The notes below the pieces were generated by a model that was not told the DNA's origin, did not search any database, and saw nothing but the letters and a program-made list of their open reading frames with translations. From Tubiluchus corallicola (Eukaryota; Animalia; Priapulida): 64,000 bases of DNA. The DNA is taken from contig JAQGDQ010000033.1 in NCBI GenBank assembly GCA_030141605.1, forward strand, positions 62,001 through 126,000, read 5' to 3'. This document shows positions 50,501 to 62,999 of this stretch, one piece after another. A program made the position numbers and the translations under genes. Position 1 is the stretch's first letter. Each line of letters opens with the position of its first letter.

Positions 50501-51254
50501 AAGAGATCCAGCTGCTTTGTATATTGACATATGTACTAAAAGTGTATTCACTCTCAGTTTGATTAGCACTTTACATTATCATGCGCAAATACCCAAACAG
50601 TAAGAACAGCTGAAATCCAAAAACACGATAGCAAATTATTAGAGCTTTCAGGCATCCCTTTATTTGTTGAAAATTTTTGCTGAAAGCCTGTACACCTAAT
50701 GGAATTGTACATTAAGGATTGTGGGCACCAGCAGTTTTTACAAACATCTATTGTAAAAATTGCCACGTGATTATAAGAACCGTGGTGCACCCACTGCAAT
50801 CTATGTCTGATTTACATTCATTGCAGTTTGTACTGCCTTCTATTTTGTTGTTTATCTTTTCAATCTAAAATACTTTTCTGCCTTGGCACGTTTGTTAATT
50901 ACCAGTTCTGTTTGGAAGAAGAAACTCATAAAAAGTACTTTTTCAAGATGCATATGCAAGAATAGATACACAGCAAATCACAGCAAAGTCCGACAGATGG
51001 CTTGCACTGTGGTCAGCTGCACACAGCGAAAGTTACCTTCATGTCATATAGAGCTTTGTTACTCAGATGAAAACCAAGGTCTTTTTACTTAATAAGCATT
51101 ATTAAAGTGATCTTAGCAAAGGGTAGTTTATGCAATAGTTCGATAAAGTCACTTAAATTAGTCTTGCAATATACCCTATTGGAAAACTACTTCTATTGCA
51201 GTAGTAGTAGTGTTGCAAATCAATAAGAAAAAATACCTGCAAAATCTATTTTAC

Positions 51255-51341
51255 CTTTTCTTCAAGTTTATCTAATGGCAAGCTGTCCACAGTAACAAAC
51301 TGAGGATATGCTTCTATTAAACACTCCACACCAGGTGCTAA
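51255..51341 (-). CDS. RIOX1: NO66/RIOX1 exon (LAPGVECLIEAYPQFVTVDSLPLDKLEEK)
   Basis: YPxFVxVxxLP motif of the winged-helix C-terminal domain; 87 nt, phase 0/0. Confidence 0.92.
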
Positions 51342-51661
51342 CTGAAAATATAATTTGATGCACCTAATACCAAGAATGTGTAAATTAAATAGCAGAAAAA
51401 TTTAACAACAGGCAGATTTTGTAATGCCGCACAACTTATAATAATAACGGCACAGATAATTTAAAAAGCCAAGAAACAAAATATTAAAGCCAGTTATTTT
51501 TTATAATGCAATAACGCTACTTTTGGCAGCTTTACAAAGAGTCCAGTATGGCATACCTGAATCACACATTCGTAAGGTTTTATTTAGCAAATGCTTGCCG
51601 AAATAAAGCAAATCGTATATTCATAAAGTGCTTGATTTTACTCAATTTTTAACATATTTAC

Positions 51662-51761
51662 CTCAGTAACAACATCAACGCATTGTGGCTCCACCTCATG
51701 ATAAACCCTAGAATTTTCTAAACAGTGGTATATTCGAACTTGATCATCTTCAAACATTAAC
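51662..51761 (-). CDS. RIOX1: NO66/RIOX1 exon (LMFEDDQVRIYHCLENSRVYHEVEPQCVDVVTE)
   Basis: ENSRVYH.xEP motif. Confidence 0.93.
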
Positions 51762-53099
51762 CTGCAACAAAACCATAATGACAAGCAAAAGCTAATACAC
51801 GTACGCTCACTTTTTATTCCAAAATTTACAATAAACCTAAGCATTAAAAAAGTGACAAAAATAACTTTTTATGTTTCAACGCAGATATCAAGTCATCTAC
51901 CATTGCACATATCATGCAGTTTTCACTAAAAACAACACATGTAGTTCTACACATATCACACATAAACAGTAGCAATGCACAACATTGCAAACTTTTAATG
52001 TGAAATTTTAGTGACTATAGAGAACACGTAACTTAAAAAATAACCTAGTTTTAAAAAGTGTAAATGTCATTTTGAAATGTGGGACACTGTGGTGCTATAG
52101 CAGTGTTTCATCATACTATTTTCAGTTATTCAACTGTCCAGAATTGGAAAGAGAGGCTTCACTTCAATAGGCTGCATTTTGTCTGCTTTCGTTAAAATAA
52201 ATTATTATTGCACTGACAAAAATTTATTCTATTACACAAAACATGACAATTAACATTAGCGAGCAACTTTCAGCAGTAAAAAAGTAATTTTGGTGGATTA
52301 GCTTTTGTCAGTTCTTTTAAACTGGTAGTGGTAAAATGAACAAGTGGTTACAACAAGACAAGCCAATGGACCGAAAATTAAAATGATGGCATCATTTACT
52401 TTTTCAAGAAAGAAAATTATTCAGCATGATACAATTCATCGTATGTTACACTAACATGAAAAAATAGTCATCATATTTAACAAACCTAGTTGTCATTTTA
52501 CATTTAAATACCCCTAGATTACTTTTCTGCTCATTGTAATTATTGTTAAAGTTTTGTACAACTTAACTCTTAACTTTATACGGAGGCAACTGCTTAGATG
52601 TTTAATTAACATTATATTAACTTTCTATCACAACACTGCTAACTCAGTAACCTCAGTTTGTATTGTAATGTCCTGTTTATTTTAATCACTGTATTACATT
52701 TAAATTACTCATCAACTGCTTTATTTACTTAAATTTTCCCTTTGCTTTCCAAAATTCTGTTGTTGTTTAGAAAGCATCGTTTCATGGCCAGACAAGCAAA
52801 CTTGAACAATGGCAAACATGTGGAACTTTGATTAACATGTCACATTAGCAGATCTAACAGATGCAATCAGTAGTGATGTGAAACATTTGTACACCCAATA
52901 TACCAAAAACACTTTGTGAGAATAATTCAGCATGTCATTTATAAATGGGAAGCAGGTACTCAAGTTTGGGCTGAATATCAAATGACTATAAAGGGACTGG
53001 AAGCCTAGTTCACTATAGAAAATAATCGCTAAGATCAGACATTAAATTGGATATACAAATTTGCATAAACATCTCTCAGAGAGGTAAACAGCCGAAGAA

Positions 53100-53175
53100 A
53101 ATGTGGCAAACGATCCTGCCTGTAAGCAGCTTCATTGGTCACCTATCCACTTACTGGCTAGGTTACAGTGACCCG
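53100..53175 (-). mobile_element. 5S-rRNA-derived SINE fragment
   Basis: CCTAGCCAGTAAGTGGATAGGTGACC versus 5S-type CCTGGTTAGTACTTGGATGGGTGACC; similar to the 16043 copy. Confidence 0.4.
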
Positions 53176-53371
53176 TTATCCAGCAAAACTTGGCAATTTT
53201 GACTACTAGGCAAATTAAATACCTGAGAAAGGCGAAGAAGAAAAAATTATAGTACCTTCACCCGCAGTTAATAGAAAATCAAGTATGTGTATGTACCTGT
53301 GCACTTTTCATTTTAGGCATCATTAACAAACTAAATGCACTCTGAAAATATAATAGATACAAATAAATTAC

Positions 53372-53489
53372 CTCATAACACCTTTTCGTATTAACCTAAT
53401 TTCAGTACCAGGTTCAAGCTGAACTTTATTTACAGTATCACCATCTTCCCATCTTTCTCCGTTAGCAAATATACTGCATTCCTTCTCAT
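53372..53489 (-). CDS. RIOX1: NO66/RIOX1 exon (DEKECSIFANGERWEDG...LEPGTEIRLIRKGVMR)
   Basis: GT-AG boundaries, phases 1/2 fit; C-terminal domain similarity. Confidence 0.9.
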
Positions 53490-53718
53490 CTGCAGGTATA
53501 AAACTTTACAATTAATGTATAATATCTAAAGGTTAAAAGTATAATAATTTTCAATTTCACATAATTATGTTATACAATCTCACTACTCGAGTTCTTGTCA
53601 AACATTTACATTTGGTTTGGTCATAGCAATTATTTCTTTTCAACTCTGGCTTGTATTTACTAGTATAAGCACTGTCCTCAAGTGTTTAATATTAACACAA
53701 GATCAATTTTACTTTTAC

Positions 53719-53860
53719 CTTGAGATAAAACTGGAGGCAGGGCATCACTGACAAATTTCTTTGCCATTTGGTCTACTGCTCCATCTACAGGAGTGTGTTC
53801 AAACAATTTTGTCATCAATTGCTGTATGGTTTCCAAAAATTTTGTGCGCCTTTCGTCCTC
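53719..53860 (-). CDS. RIOX1: NO66/RIOX1 exon (EDERRTKF...PVDGAVDQMAKKFVSDALPPVLSQ)
   Basis: PVDxAxDQ...DxLPPVL motif. Confidence 0.93.
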
Positions 53861-54092
53861 CTATAACAAAAAAATTGCTAAAATAACCAGTTCACATTAT
53901 AAAAATATTTTACAATGCAATAATTATTCAGCCCACAAATAGAAACACAAACTGCAATTTGATTGTTAAATTTAATTTGCATTTTGAAAATGATGAGCTT
54001 AAGCTTACATTTAACTACAAAACATGAACGCTGAAGACAGTAAGCTTATTTTTGATCATTACCGCTGAGCTTTTAAAATCAACAACACATAC

Positions 54093-54197
54093 CCTATCTG
54101 AATGAATAACTCCCATGTAGTCCATATAGTCTCGTGGTAGAGCTTCCCGATATTGAATGTCTTCCTCAAATGCCGCCTGCACCGCGGGCATGACTAG
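54093..54197 (-). CDS. RIOX1: NO66/RIOX1 exon ([35 protein letters not shown])
   Basis: LPRDYxxYMG..HSD motif; 105 nt, phase 0/0. Confidence 0.93.
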
Positions 54198-54479
54198 CTG
54201 AAATGGATACGAAATTTATAAATATAATTTTTTAAAAATATAGTGGCATTTTTCAAGACGTATACTAAAGCAGGAAAAAAACTTGTGAGGTTCACATAAA
54301 AATTCAATTCAAATTCAAATATTCAATTATATTTTATCAAGAAAACTCATCAACAACCAGAATGACAAGGTATTTCTAAATCTAATATTAACATGGTAGC
54401 AAGGTAGAACATGATTTGAGACAATTATCCCTGCTAATGAGCTAGATATAGGCCTATCACAGCATCTATATTAAACTTT

Positions 54480-55700
54480 GCTATGAAATGGGACACCACC
54501 TATCTAAGCATTTCACAAGAGTTGCTTACAAAAATGTTTTTATATGCTGATATGTTACGTACTTGGCTTTCAGAAGATATTGCACCTATATATGTAGCAT
54601 GAACTACAGATCTACATCTTTAACTTCTGTAGCATGCAAAATCGTGGAAAGCTGCATAAAAAGGATTTGGTGGATTATTTTCTTTATCGTAAGGTAATCT
54701 CGAAAGCTCAACATGGGTTTTTAACAAAGTCCTTCAATTTGTTGACAAATGTTAGAATGTAAAAAGAACAAAGGAACTGGTGTGAATTGGTAGGTGTTAG
54801 AAATAATATTGATTTTACTTACATAGGTTTTTCTAAGGGTGCTGGTAGTGTAATCCAAAATAAGCTAATTTGTAAACCGGGAGGCTATGGAATATCAGAT
54901 CTTTTAAATTGGAGAAAAGCTTTCTTGTCAGATCAAACACAAGATAGAAAAGTTTGTAACTACTTCTCTGCTTTTTCTGATGTAACATCAGGTAGGGCTC
55001 AAAGTTTTGCTTTAGGGTCACTTTTGTTTTTACCTATATATTAACTGCTAGTTTGTGTAAACTATACACAGATGACGTCAAATTGTATGTAACAACAGAC
55101 AACAAACATACTTTTCTAGACAAAGTTTAATGGGATTTAAAGGCCTGGGCAAAGTGTGGCAAATGTTGTGTTATTCATATTGGCTCATCAAATCCGAAAA
55201 ATGCATACTCACTTAATAATATTGAAGTACAGACGCAGAATATTAGAAGCTAGGAATTATTATACGCTCCGACTTGAAATTGACTAAATACTGCAAGAGC
55301 GAAGTTAGTAAAGCATATAAAGTGAACATGAATTTAGATGCTTTTACAGTAAAAATATGAACTGTTTAATCACTGCATCCAAATTGTATGTCTTGCCTCT
55401 GTATTGTACTTATCTTTGGAATCATCAACAACAAGTTGATTTAATTAAAAAGGAGCAGCATTAATTTTACCATATGTCTACATACCAGATGGCATTTAAG
55501 TTATAAAAGTTATATTGCAAGATTATCATATTTAAAACTGCTGTCCTTAAAAGAAAGGAGAATTATTTTTCATTTTAAAAAAATACCTATAAGATATGCG
55601 TCTCTATAGCAGATTTAAACTTCAACAACTTTTTTCACTTTAGTCCCACGCTGAGGTATAAGAGGTCACAGTTGGAAATTATATTATTATTATTATTATA
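54480..55700 (+). mobile_element. Decayed CR1/L2-group LINE reverse-transcriptase fragment, antisense within a NO66 intron
   Basis: Frameshifted motifs in the correct order: NYRSTSLTSVACK, QHGF, YIGFSK, VTSGRAQSFALGSLLFL, KLYTDDVKLY, RGHSWKL. Confidence 0.85.
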
Positions 55701-56100
55701 TTATTTATTATATTAAATAATTTCAGCTTGTGCAATTTTTGCAATTTAACATATCTCTGATCGATGATCTTGCTATTCTATAAAAGTGGCTTGTGCTTAG
55801 TGGACTTTTCCCTTTCTCTAATCTTACACAAAAAATTGAAATGCATAATTGTACATTCATATGAGTAACATACAGTTTTCTTTTTATACTAGATTTTATA
55901 TTAAATACATATTTTTGTTTCATGTTGTACGTATATGTGTGTATAAGAAAAAATATAAAAAATTAAAAACATGCAAAATGTCAAACTGATACCAGAAAAA
56001 TGAATAAAGAATTACTACTTAATGATTTGCAACAACAACTAGTCTACTTAACATTTTCAGAAAAAAACTGCAACCGTTTTGCATATAGCAGGCTTGTTAC

Positions 56101-56184
56101 CTTTTCTAGTAAATCTCCCCAGGTGTTTCGCTGACAGGTTGACAAAGTAATGTGTAACGAGTGTGATTCGGCAAACGTGTTTCC
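56101..56184 (-). CDS. RIOX1: NO66/RIOX1 exon (GNTFAESHSLHITLSTCQRNTWGDLLEK)
   Basis: HSLHxTLSTxQxNTWGD motif. Confidence 0.94.
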
Positions 56185-56810
56185 CTAGTAGAAAACAATA
56201 AAAACAAAAAAAAACATTCATATGCATGCTGCAGACTCAATTTAGAGAATGTATTCTCCTTCTATTAATTTTTTTAAGAAATTATCTGGAAATATCAAAG
56301 TAAATTAGCAAGAAGTCCAATAAATTTTCTAACTAACTTAAATGCCAGAAAAATTTGCACTGATGAACTCATAAAATGGAAACATGCCAATGTAAGACTG
56401 GTATAGAAAGTTAGAGGATCTTAGCAGGTTATTTAAAGTACTCTCAATTCTGAAAACATTTTTAAAATTCTTAACTCCAAATATAAATTAGTACTGTCAT
56501 GCATGACAACTTCAAAATCCCACAAAAAAGTTTATAGTGATCATTTTTTTCAAACCCTAATCACATGATGAGAATCAAACAGATAGGTGCCAAATCATGG
56601 TAAGGTAAACTGCGTGCGTGTGTGTGTGTTTGTGTGAACACTAAAAAGCACAATTTACTAAACTGGGCTTTAAGCACTGAATTTTATGTATTGTACTGAC
56701 TGTTATACCACAATTACGGTTTTCAGGTTTGCAAATTTATGAACTTCTCAAGTTGTATTAATAGTTGCCAAAATCCTGATTTTTTCTACAATAAAATCTT
56801 CTAGAGTTAC

Positions 56811-56905
56811 CTGGTGTATGACACCCCGAGGAAAATACAGCAAATCTCCTGGTTCTAAAACAATGTCCAACATTGGTTCGCCAATGTCATTGTCTGTAAA
56901 GTTAG
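56811..56905 (-). CDS. RIOX1: NO66/RIOX1 JmjC exon ([31 protein letters not shown])
   Basis: [16 protein letters not shown] carries the distal Fe-binding His. Confidence 0.96.
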
Positions 56906-57480
56906 CTGAAAACAAAAAGTTATTGAACTGAATGCAAAAATGTGTTACATATTTCACCTGATGTACCTTAACATTTATTATACAAGTACAGCTTAGTACA
57001 GCTTTAATTTATTTTATGTGCAACATGCATTTGATATATATTCTAATGAACAAATTTTGCTCAAAAATAGCAAAATGGCAATGCTCTGATCATATTTGTT
57101 CTAAAAATAACAACACAACACCAAGTTGAAAAACCATGATACTAACTAAGGAAAGAAAACCAGGAAAGAAACTAAAGCTGGATTAATATCAGAAAATTGT
57201 TCTAAAACTAACTAATATGGAGTCATCTAACAATGTGCTGCTCTTTTCCAAATGTTCAAAAATAAACAAGGTATGGACACTTGTGGTCATAGACAATGCA
57301 ACAGTACAATGCCTGTTGAGTGGCAATCATGTTGCTTGTTAAGTCAAGCTTTCATGTTGAAAAATTGTAATAAATTAATAAAGTGCTAAAAGCGAAAAAA
57401 CATGAAGAATCACTGCACTAGATGTAAAGTAAAAGCATGAACAACAATGAATTAAACTGGCTTATCCATATGTAACTTAC

Positions 57481-57515
57481 GGCTTGAGTATCTTGGTAAG
57501 GCTTCCTCTTCACAT
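57481..57515 (-). CDS. RIOX1: NO66/RIOX1 35-nt exon (CEEEALPRYSSP)
   Basis: TAG acceptor, GTAAGT donor; phases 2/1 fit; LPRxSS motif. Confidence 0.88.
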
Positions 57516-57697
57516 CTAGTTAACAAATAACAAAAGGAAAATAATTTATGCAGAAATGTTAATTTTACTTATGTGAACCTTAAATCATAAATATACATGA
57601 ACCAAACAAGAAATTTTCGTAAATTGTTAACTATGATATTAATAAAAACATTCCAAAAGAAAAAATGATTAAACTGTTACAGTAACCAATTGATTTA

Positions 57698-57844
<147 letters not shown>

Positions 57845-58237
57845 TCAAGATACAATAGTAAATACCTAAACCTAGTTTTTGGACAAGTGACAATAATAAC
57901 AAAATTGTTGGTGACACTGCTTTTCTTTAATGAAAAATGTCAAACAAAAACTGTAAAATTTCAAAATACATTACACATCATATATATTACACAAAAATAG
58001 TATTTCCAATGACAGAATAACTCAACTAGCCATTAGTCAGCAGGGTGTGCGAAAAAACCAACAGTCACAATTGCCAGAAAAAATATTACGTTATAATTTT
58101 AAAATCGTCTTAGAATCACGATAAATTTGTGCATTTCTACAACAAAGTCAATTTTCATGTTAAGTATATTAAAACGTAAAAAATGCCTTGATAATGGTAA
58201 AATGAAAATTATTATTTTCCTCTTATGATGCACTTAC

Positions 58238-58344
58238 ACATTAGCACCAACGAAACTTCCAAACCACTCGGCAAGAACAGACAATAATCGCCAGACCTTT
58301 TTGGAATATGTCTGTGGGTTTAACATCCTCACTGAACAATCATT
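58238..58344 (-). CDS. RIOX1: NO66/RIOX1 exon (NDCSVRMLNPQTYS...FGSFVGANV)
   Basis: CSxRxLNPQ...FGSxVGAN motif. Confidence 0.94.
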
Positions 58345-58765
58345 CTAAAAGATGAGAGAAATATAAATATTCAAAAAACCTCAGCACAGTAAGCAAAAAA
58401 TGAGTATAAAGATTAAGTACAAAAATAAGCAACACTAAAAAATTTCCTGGCAAATATAATAATATAACTGAATTCATTAATAATAGGTAAAACTTCCTCA
58501 AAACATTTGAGAAAAACCAGAGAATCATATCTGTCACTGGTTAAATTATACTTGGAAGCTTGTGCTTAAAGATGATCTTTTCATCAAAGAAAGCTTATAA
58601 AAATGCATTTTACTGTCCTTCGTATACAAAAATTTACCTTATTTTACAATGGTTATCAATAGTATATCACCTTGTATAAAGACAACAGCAAATCAGAATA
58701 GACTTGACTTTGCTACATTTGTATCACACAACTCAGATGAACTAATTGGGCTGATAAACGATTAC

Positions 58766-58879
58766 CTTGTAATAATCCCAAACTACTGGTGCATATGCTC
58801 TTCCTTCTGGGTTGTGTGTTTCCCTCTTACCATCCGTATATGAAACTACATCAATGTTCTTTGTATATTCAAGTTTTTC
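58766..58879 (-). CDS. RIOX1: NO66/RIOX1 exon ([38 protein letters not shown])
   Basis: G-x-RETHNP-x-GRA motif typical of NO66; in phase. Confidence 0.94.
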
Positions 58880-59436
58880 CTATAAAAACATAATTTATCA
58901 AAACAAAATGTTCGCAAAATTTGAAGAAGCTTTAATCGCAATGGCTTCTAAGTATGTCACAAAGTATAGTCAACAAATAAAGTAATGATAAGCACATCAA
59001 AAATTGCAAATATCAAAAAGTACAGGTAATTAACATGGATTACATTAATTATCTGAAATACGGATTGCCAAACTATGCAAATATAATTGTTTCCTTACCA
59101 TCTAATCAGTTTTTGGACATAAGCTAGACAGTAAAGAATCAAAGTACAATGACCAAATGTAGTACAAATATAATTCTGTATTGACTGATGCAAATTGTTC
59201 TGTTTTTATATACTGCCACATGATATTGCATACAACTGCTGTGTTACAATAATATGCGAGTAGTAACAGAATTATATTCTACTAGCATGTGCGACAAGTG
59301 CAGTATTTGATAAATTGCACACGAGACCTGCCAAGTAAATGTTACAATATCGAATATGCACATCCTTACTTTCTTAAATCATTCATAACAGTGCAATATT
59401 GAAAAAAAAAAATACAATACGAACAACATTTCTCAC

Positions 59437-59536
59437 ATTTCGCATTATCATATCTAATTCAGAAACACTAAACAATCCATGGTAATAAAGTGGGTGATGT
59501 CGTTTCAGTAATAATGGCTTTCTTTCCCAAAGCTCA
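59437..59536 (-). CDS. RIOX1: NO66/RIOX1 exon (ELWERKPLLLKRHHPLYYHGLFSVSELDMIMRN)
   Basis: WExxPL...YYxGLFS motif; in phase. Confidence 0.92.
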
Positions 59537-60387
59537 CTGAAAAAAATAAGTAAGATAAAATATAAATTCTGGCAGTGTACTTGTCAATAAAATCTGGTAT
59601 TATACTGCTAAGTTAATAGATTTATTTACAGCAGAATGTTTCCGTTTAATCGGTAAGGTACTTTCAACTGACATGTCTGTAATAAAAGTTGAAGTCAAAC
59701 TAAAGTGAAAAACCAGAAAACCTGGAATTTAGATTTAAATCATTCTAAAATTTGGATAGTTTACAAATTAATAATAAAATAATAATAATATTATTATTAG
59801 CAGACATAAAATTTAGAATAAAACTCCATGACAGTGTAACTTAAAAAATTTAGTTTTGTACTTTTTAGGGCAGAAAATTTTTGATTTACAGAATTTAATT
59901 TTAATTACAGTTTTGACAAATGAGAATGGATCTGCAATTAAACCAAAATGTTCTGTTTTAAATATATCCTATAGATGAACTGCTAAAACAGGAGACAACC
60001 CATTACTAAGTACAATTAACAAACTGATTGTTAGGAATGATCATTAGGCAAACTTAACATAAATAGTGGAATAAGATATTAAATACTGAAAACTGGAGAA
60101 ATATATTTTAAAAACTTGCTCCAACACTTACTTTGCAGAAAAAGTTTTAGAAAATGAGACAGGTTAGAATAAGTGTGGAATGTTTTACAATTAAGTTATA
60201 CTATTATCTATAAATGTGTTATGAATATGGAATTGAAGCCCAAAAAAGTCAACAATGAATAAAATGTTGTATAAGTGTGCAAGTATGTTGTATATACAAG
60301 TATCATAGTATAAGTAATATATACATATATATTTATCTTGCATTACGCTTCGTTTCATTAACAATTTTAGAATAATAGTATTTTTAC

Positions 60388-60530
60388 CTAAAAAATTTTT
60401 GTGGTGTAACAGGACCTATCAACCACTGAAAAGCTTTGTTAGCTTCTGTTACACTATCTTCCATCCCTTCATACTCATCACGTAGAAATGGAGAAACTTC
60501 TCCATTAAGATCAGCATTATTTCGACTCGC
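60388..60530 (-). CDS. RIOX1: NO66/RIOX1 exon (...EANKAFQWLIGPVTPQKFFS)
   Basis: FxWLIxPxxxxxFF motif of ROX proteins; GT-AG in phase. Confidence 0.9.
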
Positions 60531-61341
60531 CTGAGAATGCAATACATATTAATGTTACAGTATTACAATCTAAGCTTTACGACTAAATTTGTTTTATGAA
60601 AAACTGCCAATGCAAAAAGTGAAGGAAAATTGTTTCTTTGAATATGGTAACAAATGGGCAAAAGTGCAGCAGTCAGATAACTTGAAGAAAAAGTAGAACT
60701 TTTGCATACCGGCAACTTCAACCTCACATTTCTCACCTACTTGCTATATAATTTGTTCAACATCACCTTCATCAATACTATCCTTTCATTGTTTATAATT
60801 ATCATCTTCATCACAGTTGTCATTGTTGCAATTATTGTCATCATAATCATCATCATCGTCTAGTTAACAAGTACAAATTTTTTGGTCATATTTACAGTTG
60901 CAGGTCCTGGCTAGCTCTAAAAACTTGTTGCTGGTGTTGGTACAAATTCAGAATGTGAGTTGTTCGATAAACAAGATACAGCGTAAAACAATAAACAAAA
61001 TTCAATTCTTTTAATACCAAAAATTGCTAGTCTAACATAAAGTATAAGTTTTCAAGAACTAATAAATTTTTCAGTTGTACTAAGATGTCTAGTGTCATTT
61101 ACAAGTAGCATAGAGGTTTTGCATATGTACACACAATAATTAGAAGAAATGAGAACAACAAGCATTAATATGTTAATGATAAGATGTAAACAAACATATA
61201 AATTAAATCAATGGGAAGGTGAGTGGTTAGAATGTTAGAAGTTAGGAAAACAACTGCAGCAGCAGGAATTTGATATTCTGAAGACTCCTGTGCTTGCAAT
61301 GCTCATACAAAAAACTAAACAATAATATTCAGATAGCTTAC

Positions 61342-61526
61342 TTCATCTTCAATATGAGTTGGTAGGTCTTTCTTGGATTTACTTTTCTGCACACTTCTTT
61401 TTGTAGGATGGTTACTCTTTTCTTTCCTCATTTCGTAAGAAAGCACCGAGCCAGCAGAAGATAGTGCTGCATGCTCAGTGCTTGTTTCATTGGAAATGCT
61501 TTGACTGGTATGAGCAAGAAGGTTCA
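61342..61526 (-). CDS. RIOX1: NO66/RIOX1 N-terminal low-complexity exon (VNLLAH...KKDLPTHIEDE)
   Basis: CAG acceptor phase 1; GTAAGC donor phase 0; open frame. Confidence 0.65.
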
Positions 61527-62323
61527 CTGTGTACAAATACAGTAAAAGAGTAAAATAGCAAAATGTGTTAAGTGACTCGCATTCATAAAAATAATCCCCA
61601 TTTATTTACATAACTATGGCACAAAACACGTGTGACAACGAGAAGCTTTGGACAATAGTTTTCCAACACCATGCCTAAAATGAAGCATCTCTGTGTCCAT
61701 GACCCAAACACTATGAGCAGTTGGAGGGCTTAATGCAGCCAAATTAGGTTAAGTTGGAGTACTACATAAGGAACAGACTTTCACATTTTAACTTATGGGT
61801 AGATGGTTCAACGTCAATGGTCACACTACGCCTGAAAATTTTATACTCTAACCCTTAAAGTTTAACAGTAAATTGGCATTGAATATTAGTCAATAAATAG
61901 TGGTTAGTTCTATAATTACATTCAATGTCCTCCAAAAAGTTTTTAGCCAAGGTGAATTTTTTCTGTACATTGGTAGGCTAGGAAAAGGCAGGCATACGTA
62001 AGTACATAAAAAATCCAGCATTGAGAAAGTTTTACAAAAGCGTCAGCAATGAATTATTCTGGTACATCTGCTACAAAATCATAAGGACGACAAATTTACA
62101 CTGTAATATGAGTTAGTTGCACGCTTCTTTATAAAGTGTAAGAACATAGAAACAAAATTTCAACGCCTAACATGAGGAAAAGCATCAATCCTCGTTCAAA
62201 TGTAATATGCGTCAGTTAAAGAACAAGGTGTCAAAAGTTCAGCGTCAGTAAAAGCAATCATCATTAAGGAACCAACTCTCATAACTCGTAAACCCATATC
62301 AGTTCTTGAAAAAATTTTAATAC

Positions 62324-62450
62324 CTTCACTATTCACAGCGTCAGTTTTGCCATTAAAGCTCTGCACTGAAACTCCAGTATTCATCTGATTAAGGGCATCT
62401 TGCATAAATGCTTCAGCAGACATGGAGTGGCCTCTTCTATGTGAACCATG
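62324..62450 (-). CDS. RIOX1: NO66/RIOX1 N-terminal exon (HGSHRRGHSMSAEAF...NSE-)
   Basis: TAG acceptor, GTATTA donor; phase 0 to 1 bridges the neighbouring exons exactly. Confidence 0.6.
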
Positions 62451-62906
62451 CTATTTCAACGAAAAAGTAATTGTAAACACAATCTGCTTTGTTACTCATG
62501 AATATGTCAACTCACACTTTGTTATCATGTTTTGTTATCTTTCCTCTCGATAGCCAGCATAATGTCTGTAAAAACAAACTGATTTAACTGAAGTTATCCT
62601 CTCCTAGTCTGTCAAGTGTAACTTCACAGTGAATGCTAACTAGTTACCCCTTCAGCAGAAAAACAACAGCTTTTATTACTTGAGAAATAACAGTCTATTC
62701 ATTGGCAACAATAGTTACAGCTTCTAGGACATTATGTTTAAAGGCGTTGATTTAAATAATAGTCTAAAATATTCACAAAACCCTAGTATAATTCTATGAA
62801 AATGAATTAATCAAATTACAAACTTTTTATAAAACTGCATTATGTAAGAGATAGACAAAACAATGGCTACGTTGGTCTACTGCACTTTTTTACAACAAAC
62901 GGGTAC

Positions 62907-62999
62907 CTTTGAACTCTTTTTGTGCTTCTTCTTCCTTTCACGTGATTCCTTTTTGTCTTTGTCATCACTATGATGGCTTCGCTTCCTCTTTTTACCTTC
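62907..62999 (-). CDS. RIOX1: NO66/RIOX1 N-terminal basic exon (EGKKRKRSHHSDDKDKKESRERKKKHKKSSK)
   Basis: tttttatag acceptor, GTACCC donor, 93 nt, phase 0/0; Lys/Arg-rich, like a nucleolar localisation signal; upstream exons lie outside the window. Confidence 0.65.

Noticed and set aside
53298-53341. AG...GT-bounded segment as an extra NO66 exon
   Set aside because: Only ~30 nt from the upstream donor and not needed for frame
62213-62264. C/D snoRNA-like ATGATGA...CTGA in a NO66 intron (similar case at 52421-52474)
   Set aside because: Only ~52-55 nt, no convincing terminal stem, and no 10-nt or longer rRNA complement that I can recognise
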